NCBI GenBank assembly: GCA_903916665.1
Contig: CAIWXP010000183.1
Span: 1-15,209, forward strand
Origin: Candidatus Iainarchaeum sp.
GTDB lineage: Archaea; Iainarchaeota; Iainarchaeia; Iainarchaeales; 0-14-0-20-30-16
Reading direction: 5' to 3'
Length of the DNA: 15,209 bases
The notes under the pieces were generated by a model, which saw only the letters and a program-made list of their open reading frames with translations, was not told where the DNA came from and did no database searches. The translations under genes and the position numbers were made by a program. This document shows, one piece after another, positions 7,301 through 14,600 of this stretch (its first letter is position 1; each line of letters starts with the position of its first letter).

Positions 7301-8606
7301 CCCCTGAATTTTGATCATAATTTACAGTTATATCTTCAGAAAGATATTTATCATTATAGGGTACATCTAAAGATGATGATATAATATAATTGCCTTGGTT
7401 TACCAATGGAAATACAGTTTGAGTATTAGAATCATATTTTTTAGTTTCTAAAATATTTTGATTTTCATCCTTTAAAAAAATAGTACCACTAACAAAATTA
7501 TCATCTTCTACTTTAAAATTAATATTTAAATTTCCCATGGGCAAAACATCTAAAACAAATGATACAGTTACTGCATTTCCTGCGGTTATTATTGCTTGTT
7601 TAGTTTGTGCAGCATACTTTCCACTAGGATCTGATAAAATAATATTATAGGTTCCTGATAATAATTCTGAGCTATAGGATCCAAAATCTCCAGTTATACC
7701 AGAATCAATTAATTCTTTAGTTTCAGAATTATCTCTTATTTCTAAGGTCATATTACTTGCTGGTTTTCCATCTTTACCATTAACATATACAATTAATTTA
7801 TTTTTGGGAACATTTTGCATAACTTTTACATCTGAACTTAAATTATCTTGAACTAATATTTTACACATTCCAAAATTACAATTTTGCTTTACTCCTGGAT
7901 AATTATCAATATTAGCGATGATTGAAACAGTATTACAAGGAATCTTTTGATCATTTAAAACTCCTTTAATTAAATTATATTGCATATTAAAATCTTGACA
8001 TGATACACTAATTACAGCATCTTTTTGTAATGTTCCATTTTGAGTAACCAATATAAATGAAAATAAATTCTCCTTTTGATCTGTTTTAGTTGTTGTAATT
8101 GTTGAATTTGAAACAATATTTAAAATAATTTCTGATTTATTTGTTATAAATTGTTTTGTTGTTTGAGTCATATCTTTTAATGTTATCTTAGCATTAATTG
8201 TTGAATCGCTTAAAGCATTAAATGTAACCGGGCCTTTAACATTTCTTCCTGTGCCAACTAATTCAACTGGATCTTTTGATGTTAATGTGATTGTATAGGA
8301 ATCAGTTAACAATTTTCCATCTAGATTTATTTTCAAAGTATAACTATTCATAGCAGATGAAAATACAGTAAAATAAACTATTACTGCAATAATAATTAAA
8401 AATAATACTAAAAAGAAAATCATTGAAGGCATTACTTTATCAATTACATTTGTTACACTTCGTAAATGTAATTTATCAATAAGAGAGTAATATTTATTTG
8501 ATAATTTTTTATACCAACTTTCATTCAAAGTTAATTCTTTGTTTTTAGGAGGTTCTTGAATATCTATATTTCTATCAAGGCTTGTTTCGTTTAAATTATC
8601 AGCCAT
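1314..8606 (-). CDS. Giant (2430 aa) single-pass anchored, Cys-paired, beta-sandwich-rich surface protein (gene B). No family name can be assigned.
   Basis: Uninterrupted 7.3 kb ORF in about 27% GC DNA, where stops should be frequent. The ATG at 8606 is immediately preceded by an in-frame TAA, so the start is unambiguous. Stop is TAA at 1314-1316. N-terminus: a 61-aa charged tail, then the hydrophobic helix MIFFLVLFLIIIAVIVYFTVF. It is colinear with its paralog, gene A. Confidence 0.92.
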   Translation of the reverse strand: MADNLNETSLDRNIDIQEPPKNKELTLNESWYKKLSNKYYSLIDKLHLRSVTNVIDKVMPSMIFFLVLFLIIIAVIVYFTVFSSAMNSYTLKINLDGKLLTDSYTITLTSKDPVELVGTGRNVKGPVTFNALSDSTINAKITLKDMTQTTKQFITNKSEIILNIVSNSTITTTKTDQKENLFSFILVTQNGTLQKDAVISVSCQDFNMQYNLIKGVLNDQKIPCNTVSIIANIDNYPGVKQNCNFGMCKILVQDNLSSDVKVMQNVPKNKLIVYVNGKDGKPASNMTLEIRDNSETKELIDSGITGDFGSYSSELLSGTYNIILSDPSGKYAAQTKQAIITAGNAVTVSFVLDVLPMGNLNINFKVEDDNFVSGTIFLKDENQNILETKKYDSNTQTVFPLVNQGNYIISSSLDVPYNDKYLSEDITVNYDQNSGDKTIEKTIRKYNSFTDQNVVVQVIDSTTQNPIPFARIWFENENKEYLTNIGIITTDYNGIYYLILPKGQYDVKLKHNYLSGIATFNVQESKSLSLTSVSVVLPVAWGNSTVNVCLTDNKKPIGDAIIEVYSSERGLESTFFVDKNQNCASTQIKSLESVYFKVTKQDYLDLYSQTFFMENNGSYSFNLELTPIIPNNPLEKLTIEFQGIYSDSQLSKPANELLPMNEYYYAFKVKVPKNKPNKLFFYGIAGNKTDENIELSKLQVISMDSLGNTIFYSNYNSSFDDTKLIGANTDDNFLFKSKSFTSEADFESTFDNETEIMYSIRVLITNNVILSTPGGDSISFWYWFGTDKKDLSLNNISRKLGTQICSDPICVNAYSGNDALSNSHEIASKGNVFGKILFDNNSDIKKMAIYNLKESGSSSIKQDVGELFLNILQGKLSITDIFGNKTESGLSSGPIYLNDQIIDYRNYIDFNFDYQLLTPDSSSMVFKLYKDDWNNTYGEYKINLTSSDKAKLNVEVKPNDIIVPYIKNDILIRVTNDVGPVVGAEVKYYDSFNGIWKYVNTSYTGNDGSIDVTTNPLGIGDKIKIVVFKQSYQPFAKEIVSDFNFFTVKDKLSATINYPTDGTKPNVFVDINNTSNYDLNIYDLKYYWDSSVFIDFVNLLFKKDVMEGKFKDGSLLHSNDKLSLPISFNPDALMMAPDISLFSSFLNFKYIPVNVDNSFLTTIESLLDTVFTKNIPLDIKFIFNGEPSNSDDCLQVDLRKDDKEISNVTFLEASEESFDLHIINNCELNGLSNYKFKDVNLSVNSDIPIAIKISKDGKDKYSSIISKNLIIPLPEVVLAGQDYTYGIKLSVDDLNDLAMSNVDAHLTFNVLGGYSTDQSNYNSTNSIPKNLKLDVSFRAYENCLYFGVDTTNQNKDLFSLEGTDGYQFPYYLDGERSKAQGNIIEKPGEAKMADNADLPATFPGDQVTDYFEFDSLPLQISNGCNKPVTIQLCKSDDEYCKVNDDYLSISSVNYPVSFGNKITLDPDQNINFSLDRPDNFSGAVLLSLYKLDNSTTIDYVKDLKINVESSTQNKYFLKNPFITDLNNNLPVTVYKNEYYPHGLESVVSSIYNDIIIPEFSIWHPFRDNLFYFLTGIKNGQDQNTYKYDNYNEVLKDKVNGDFSKYSFKLFATDEFGGWLWEAPNFRYFIYSKSIPSKKDYSFDFMNSFAGEDTSKFFGKDNYKDPIQYKEYLSKYVEQIGTEIKNNQDFPYFINLGTASVKGWCYGIHNSAATFCPNGFEPVKIYMANKQQGDLWGFEKSFWTNDSLSPGVKEYLFGGYVSLDDDYWGGCDWGEGTYSILTICKLTNITDDVKREKFSDATIDSTNNVIFNDAVEVDKTINNYLLTNTGISFGNIINFTSDDAYKSINSVLNSNFKDYTIYYPLEYSGTDKTTKICLDKLVMSTKDSSGNDINLAETDPIYLAYSKLFFDNYNNSYITKSFILKDSTDAGPNSDSVVNYSCNGLDTVYGKNGENSLKDYISSNIQSNNLQKKYYSDAEAKKYVTATTNYYDAYVGYVKSKWINLMRNSQSVINFGQAVGTAYNGADIDYSSILDFKSFVKLNYNVDIVCTVNSSECGYNIGQLTTFTLEFIAIIKANSSNIRVYKEKPKPGFMAAQISNCFGGGLTGQDAMPKISFTDDVNCDFGSQYGCNLKQFVNYLQAKAKLNAESSFKVQLLYDNYTKEALDIYQQKGFLQNSGLNISFLSYKQEPIGVLQSGIYDARLIVDSDNNFRVYLSFNTYLMPDHLFYYMPYTPTPDYGIGTTIDTLLKYDSSKTYSTDKSKSALFDYTLNKTVYTLDNLPIALKGEVSLSSNIGGNGELYFAPNDLHIKQVNENLDYTNTINGATYAKLFVKKNNLFYPASLYYDVIESSNDGSITVKSQKKEGLDYSDISEYLVYVLQKGLDSQNIVDGVESISNIVDEIGKSNMCYLNKEGKYLYYWNIFKLLGEQQ
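1317..2327 (-). other. Conserved C-terminal (membrane-distal) module of protein B (aa ~2094-2430), family unknown
   Basis: It aligns without large gaps to A aa ~1838-2178. Shared motifs are NCFGGG[LM]TG, QLLYDNYT[KR]EALDIY, YLMPDHLFYYMPYTPxPDYGIGTTI, IGGNGE and Y[IL]YYWNI. Confidence 0.6.
5493..5708 (-). other. Prealbumin-like domain 4, protein B (aa 967-1038)
   Basis: KNDILIRVTNDVGPVVGAEVKYYDSFNGIWKYVNTSYTGNDGSIDVTTNPLGIGDKIKIVVFKQSYQPFAKEI. Confidence 0.5.
6729..6977 (-). other. Prealbumin-like domain 3, protein B (aa 544-626)
   Basis: STVNVCLTDNKKPIGDAIIEVYSSERGLESTFFVDKNQNCASTQIKSLESVYFKVTKQDYLDLYSQTF. Confidence 0.5.
7032..7253 (-). other. Prealbumin-like (CarboxypepD_reg-like) domain 2, protein B (aa 452-525)
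   Basis: NVVVQVIDSTTQNPIPFARIWFENENKEYLTNIGIITTDYNGIYYLILPKGQYDVKLKHNYLSG. Confidence 0.6.
7185..7262. repeat. Second high-identity island, copy in gene B (encodes FTDQNVVVQVIDSTTQNPIPFARIWF)
   Basis: 7 mismatches in 78 nt (hand count, about 91%) against 13988..14065 at offset 6803. The peptides are 25/26 identical. Confidence 0.85.
7551..7802 (-). other. Prealbumin-like beta-sandwich domain 1, protein B (aa 269-352)
   Basis: KLIVYVNGKDGKPASNMTLEIRDNSETKELIDSGITGDFGSYSSELLSGTYNIILSDPSGKYA. This is a looser match to the same pattern. Confidence 0.45.
7863..8000 (-). other. Four-cysteine module (C-x20-C-x18-C-x4-C) of protein B (aa 203-248)
   Basis: VSCQDFNMQYNLIKGVLNDQKIPCNTVSIIANIDNYPGVKQNCNFGMCKIL. 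The Cys codons were verified at 7998-8000 and 7863-7865. Confidence 0.6.
8127..8412. repeat. Dispersed direct repeat, copy 1. It covers the 5' coding region of gene B (TM helix plus first beta-sandwich) and is near-identical to 14924..15209.
   Basis: Ungapped alignment at a constant offset of 6797 nt. Hand count: 13 mismatches in the 241-nt core (8172-8412 vs 14969-15209, about 95%). There is a divergent 14-nt patch at 8158-8171, then identity resumes back to 8127. Confidence 0.9.
8361..8423 (-). other. Predicted transmembrane / signal-anchor helix of protein B (aa 62-82)
   Basis: MIFFLVLFLIIIAVIVYFTVF is preceded by a Lys/Arg-containing 61-aa tail and followed by SSA|MNS. It is the only long hydrophobic stretch in 2430 aa. 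Confidence 0.8.
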
Positions 8607-8610
8607 TTAA

Positions 8611-8615
8611 ATCAC
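8611..8615 (-). promoter_or_regulatory. Candidate Shine-Dalgarno-like element GTGAT, 4 nt upstream of the gene B ATG and overlapping the gene A TGA stop
   Basis: The minus strand reads GAG-TGA-TTTAA-ATG. GTGAT is complementary to the AUCAC part of the conserved 16S rRNA 3' end (..GAUCACCUCCU). The same pentamer lies 3 nt upstream of the gene C ATG. Confidence 0.4.
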
Positions 8616-11600
8616 TCTTGACCTAATAATATATTTGTAATGTTCCAATAGTAAATATACTCGTTATCTTTCATTGTATAACAAATATCGCTAGTAGCTA
8701 TTTTATCATTTATTTCAGACATATTACTAACTTGATAAACTTGTGCATCGGTATCTACAGAAGTATTTGATTTAACAACATAGGCCAAATATAATTGATC
8801 ATCACTATAATCAACGTTGGGTCTTTTCTTTATTGTTACTGTTGAATTATCTTCTGATTTTATTACATCGTAGGTTATACCTGCAGAATAAATCTTATCA
8901 TTCTTTTTAACAAATATACCTTCGTAGGATACTTCACCTTTCATATCCACAGATAAATCATCGGCAATTAAAGTTATTGGTTTTATTCTTAATTCATTTG
9001 GATAAAATGTAATTTCACCATTTCCTCCAATATCAGTTAAGGCAACTCTTCCAACCATGGTAATAGGTAAATTATCTTTAGAATATAAACTTTCAATTAA
9101 ATTATAGGTAAACAAAGGAGAGATGTTTGTGTTTGTAGAATTAGGATAGGAGATTCCAGATTTATAAAAAAGTGTTCCACCAATTGTTGTACCAATACCA
9201 TAGTCCGGATTTGGTGTATAAGGCATATAATAAAATAAATGATCGGGCATCAAATAAGTTTCATAGGTCAAATAAACTTTGAAATTAGTATCTGATTCTT
9301 TATATAAAGTTCCACTATATATTCCTGTTGGCAATATACCCAATGATTCTCCACTAGAAGATAGGAAAGATACAGTTACATTTTTGTTACTTAAAAATGA
9401 TTTATTATAAATATCCAATGCTTCTCTTGTATAATTATCATATAATAATTGTGCAACAAAATCAACTTTAGTTCCATTATTACTATTTGATAAAACTTTT
9501 AAATAATCTACAAAATCAGACATATTACAAATATATTTTGATCCTACACTACAATCATTAACTTTTTCATTAAAACTAATTTTAGGAATTACATCAGATC
9601 CAGTCATACCCCCACCAAAACAATTTGAGTTTTCATTAACAACATATTTCGGTTTTGGTAATTCTTTATATAATCTTACTCCTGATGCTTCACCAGTAAT
9701 ATCCAACTTATCATAGGACACTTCATTAAAATCTCTATCAATAGCATAAAAATTTGGTCTAAATTTATCTTTATTTAATCTACAAACTGTTAATATTTTA
9801 TAGTCTCCCATGCCTGTATTTCTATATCCTTTCCCGCCCATGGTATCCAATCCAATATCTCCACCAAAGATATAGGCTTTATAACCATTTTCAATATAAG
9901 GATCTTTTACCATAAACTTTTTAGTTATTGAATCTTCTCCGCCATGAACTAATTCTAAAGTAATATTAACAGGATCATAATTCTCAGGACAGAAAGTTAC
10001 TGCCGAAACATTTGTTCCACCACCACTATTTCCTCTAAAAAAACCAAATGCCGCATTAATAAAATATGGATATTTCTCTTCATTTAATTTTGTACCTATT
10101 TCTTTAACATAATCATATATTTGATGGTAGGGTATTGGGTCTAAATAATGTCCAGTAAAATATACTTCGTGTATTTTACACTGATCAAAATAATCTGAAT
10201 TTTCATTAATTGAACTAAAATCATAATTTAATTTTGGAAATAAACTATAATTTTCATCTCCAACATATACCATATAGGCATAACCTGCTCCTTCATGTTC
10301 CTGTGTTCCACAAGTAGAAGAACAGTGTGATTGATAAGCACCACAAAAATCATCATAACTTCTTCCAGCAATAGTATCCAATCCTGCATCTCTATAAATA
10401 TCATCCCAATATTGATAACCATCAAATACTAGACTTAAAAATCCTTTTTTAATAATATTTGAGTATTCCATACTTCCTACACTAAATCCACAACCTCCAC
10501 CACCTACAGATTTAGGAGATCCTGCACCAGAAGTATCTTCCCAATCACCATGGGTTTTAAAAAAATAATTACTATCTGATAATTTTCCTCCAAATAAAAT
10601 AGCATTTACATCAAATTTACCCTTTATTACTGATCCAACTCTACAATTTCTACCATCATTGTCCCAAAATGGAGAATCTGGAACATTATTACTCAAAAGA
10701 GTATAATAATCCATATTAGGATAATATTCATTTTTGAAATAATAAAAAGGCATTTTTGTATTCATATCTAAAATAAATGGATTAACAACAAAATTATTTG
10801 CACCTACAGATCCTTCTATATTTATTTTTACATCTTTAACAATTTGATTAATTTCTCTTGTTTCAGTTGAATTATCTTCAATACTTAATAATGTTAATGG
10901 AATTATTGCTGCTCCAGAAAAACTATCTGGTCTCATTAATGAAAATTTATAATTTTGGTCAGCAGCTAAATTTATTTCTGTATTGGGTTGCCCCAAGAAA
11001 GAACTTGATACTAAATCCAATGGTTCAGTACCAGATATGTTACAATATTTGTCCAAATCAGGATTATTAGTATTACAAAGTTTAAAATTAATTGTCTTAC
11101 CACAACCATTACTTACTACTAATGGTAATTCGGTAATTTCATATCTATCATTATAAACATTTTTAGCATTTACTGAATCCTGTGAATCTAAACTATCTCT
11201 TGAATAAAGTATAGTTTCATTATTATCTACTGCTCTTTCACCCACTAAATAATAAGGTAATTTTAAAATATCTGTATTTTCTAAAATATAATCATTTTCA
11301 CTTGCACCAATTGTTTTTGCAGTATCGCTATCTAAACCAAATTTCAAACAATCTTCTGCAGTTTTAAATTGCAACGATAATGTTTCGTTGGTTGATTTAG
11401 AATCTAATAAATCAGCTGATGCAGTAGATTTATATTTTCCAACAACATCTGCAGTTAAATCAAAGGCTGCACTAGACATTGCTAATTCATTAAAATCACC
11501 CACAACATCTAATTTCAAAATATATACTGCTGGTTCAACATCTGAACCCCCATCTAAAGAATATTTTAAAGGGATTTGTTTATCTTTATTAGTATTTCCA

Positions 11601-14600
11601 GAAAATAATACTTCTCCAGTTTTATCAGAAACTTCAACACTAATATCTAAACCAGTATTTAATTCTAAAAACACATCCTTAAATTTATATTTAAATCCAT
11701 TGGCTAAAGTACAATCATTAAAAACTCTTAAATATACTTTATCTTCTTTTGAATCTAAAAATACAATATCTTTTAATGGTGCAGTTTCTGCAGATTCAAA
11801 TTGTAATCTTAAACAAGGTTCATTTCCTGGTTTACCTTCAAAACCAAAATTAAAAGTAATGGGTATATTTTTATACATTCTTATATCGTTTGATTTTGCA
11901 ATTAATTCAGATACCCCATCTTTTGGTGTAAAATTAAAATACAAAGATCCAGAAATTGTTTTGGTTCCATCTAAAGTTTGTAATAATTGTGGATCATAAA
12001 CAACTGGTAAACTTAATTTCTTTTCAGTATCTGTTGAATGCAATATAAATCCATTGGCAAATTTATTTGTCATGTTTTCAATTGTTAAAAATCTATTAAT
12101 AAATTCTTCATCTGTTTTTGTATAATCCCAATAATAATTCAAATCATAAATATTTAAATCATAGCCCAAATCATTTTGAACTTCTACTTCTTTTTGTGGA
12201 TTTGCAGGATCAGTAGGATAAATAACATTAATAGTTAGTGGTCCCTTTGGATCAAAGCCATTAAAATCAGAATTTATTTCTTTAACATTAGCTTTATAAT
12301 TATCTGCCGATACAACTAATTTAATTTTGTCATTTCTTGCAACAGGATTTGTATTTAATTCAACATAGCCTGTTTTATCAGTATAGGCTGTTTTATCATT
12401 TAATAAATGCCAATTACTATTTGAATATTCATAATATTTAATTTCTGCACCATGCACTGGATAATTATCTTGACCCAAAACAACTAATTTAATATCATTA
12501 GAAATATAGGGTACAATATAATCAGGATAATTTACTGTTAATTCACCATTGGCACTATTCATAAATTGTAAAGAATAAACTGTATTATTTATATCCCAAA
12601 AATCTTTATATGCATTAAAATTCAAACTAGCTGAATTGTTAGTAACTAAACTATAATTAAAATCAAAATCTAAATATTGACCTTGATTAACTGGTTGATT
12701 ATCAACATATATTGGTCCAGAACTCATTGCTTTCGAATCTTTAGAGCCATCAACATTATTTATACCATATTCTGCACCATTTAATGCAACACTTAAATCC
12801 AATAATTCTGCTTTTGATTTAATTGCTTTTTCGTCAGAATTATACAATGCAAAATTATAATCTTTATTACTAAATCTTACCTTACCATATATTCTACCAA
12901 CAGCAGATGCATTATAGGGACTAGTTATTGAATTGTTTGCAGAATCATAGGCATCAACACAAATTTCTGTTTCACAAATATTTGTACCTATTTTCTTAAC
13001 TATTTTTGTTAAATTTATTTTATCATTGTCTAAACCAAAACCATAATTAAAAACAATTGAATCACCATTTACTGCACTAGGATTAACATTTGTTGTTATA
13101 CTTGTTTTAACAACATATTGCAATTCAACATCATTTTCTGCAGGTGCATCAAATCTATGAATATTTGCAAAACTCTTTGCTTTATATGCGAAATCATCTT
13201 CCACATCTAAAATAGTTCCACTCATCAAATCCAAATTATTTTGTTTATAATCTGGATAATAATTTATAATTCCTGAATCATTTACTAATCTTGTTTGCAT
13301 TTTTGAATTAGTTGCATTTTCATCTTTTAAATCACCGGTTACACCAACAAATTTTATTGTTCTATTATTATTAACATAGGCTTTAGGCACTTTAACTTTA
13401 AAAGAATAATAGTAATCCTTTGAAGTATCTAATTTTGTTGCAGGTTCTTTTAAATATGAATCATTATAAATACCATCAAATTGATAATCTAAATTTTGAA
13501 CAGGCTCAACAGGTCTTGTTTTTTCTAATACTATATCAATGTTATAAGTTTCATTATTTAAAACAAAATATGTTTGAGTATATTTTTCATAATAATCTGT
13601 TTTTTTAACATGGAAATAAATATTTTCTAAACTTTTTACTTGTTTTGTTGCACAATTATTTTGAGCATCCAAATAAAAACTAGATTCTAAACCATCTGTA
13701 CTATACACATCAACATAGGCATCATTTAAATCGCCGTTAGAAATATCTTTTAAACAAACATTAATTGTTGCATTACCCCATGCTACTGCTAAAGAAACAT
13801 TTTTTGTTGTCATTGTTAATGATTTTGTTTGGTCAACAGAAAATCCTTGTATTCCAGATAAATAATAATGTTTCAAATTAACATTATAACTACCAACGGG
13901 CATAACTTTATAAAAAATACCATTTGCATCTGTTAAAACAAATGCGCCATCAACACCATAGTCTAATAAACTACCATCAACAGAAGTAAACCAAATTTTT
14001 GCAAAGGGAATTGGATTTTGTGTAGTTGAGTCAATTACTTGAACAACCACATTCTGATCTGTGAAAGGATTTGTTTTTCTTATACTGTATTTTACATCCA
14101 TATCTCCAGAATCTTTATCATAGGTAATTGGTAAAACATCTGCAATATAATCATTTGTTTTATCTGCACTTAATGATAATGATAAATTATAACTTCCTTT
14201 TTTAGTTATTGGCATTACCAAAGAATTATTAGAATCAAAAGGTTTTGATTGCAAAATTAATTGATTTGCATCTTTAAAAAATAATGTGCCATTAACATAA
14301 TTTTTATCTTCAACATCAAAACTAATATTTAAATTTCCAATTGCTTTTTCTTGCATAGTAAAATAAATTGGATTTTGGTTTCCTGCATGTACTTCTACAT
14401 TTTGTGTTTGTGATGCATACACATTATTTGGATCTGAAACTAAAATAACATATTTTCCTTCTGCTAAATCAATATTATATGCACCAAAATCTTTTGTTTT
14501 TCCAGAATCAATTAATTCTTGACCTGTAGAATCTTCTCTTACTTCAACAGTAAAATCTTTTATTGGATCATTATTTGCATATCTTACATAAACAACTAAT

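Noticed and set aside
8127-8412. Possibility that the near-identical A/B segments are a diversity-generating retroelement template/variable repeat pair.
   Set aside because: The 13 mismatches are mostly transitions of several kinds and are not concentrated at adenine positions of one copy. The repeats sit at the N-terminal anchor and not in a C-terminal lectin-fold VR. There is no reverse transcriptase or accessory gene in the window.
8612-8614. The TGA at the end of gene A might be a sense codon (code 4 or code 25), giving read-through.
   Set aside because: There is no in-frame TGA anywhere in the more than 5000 sense codons of the three genes, and Trp is encoded by TGG. Reading through would add only 6 codons (FKWLII) before a TAA and would overlap the gene B start. 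The paralog C-termini align right up to this stop.
9950-10100. Possible enzyme motifs: GNSGGG (serine-protease GDSGG-like) in A, GWCYGIH (transglutaminase or Cys-protease-like) in B, and HE-containing strings (SHEIA, QEHEG, IHEVY) as metalloprotease HExxH.
   Set aside because: None is a true match: there is no HExxH, and Asn replaces Asp in the GDSGG-like string. Critically, none is conserved between the paralogs at the aligned position (B GWCYGIHNS vs A FFRGNSGGG), so a shared catalytic role is not supported.
11388-11999. 203-aa ORF on the plus strand, antisense to gene A. That is surprisingly long for AT-rich DNA.
   Set aside because: It lies entirely within gene A. In this antisense frame a stop can only arise opposite Tyr, His or Gln codons, and the overlapped stretch of protein A (aa ~1050-1253) is relatively poor in these. 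Its product is low-complexity and Ser/Lys/Leu-rich. No equivalent ORF is open opposite the homologous region of paralog B. It has no start context. It is most likely a shadow ORF.
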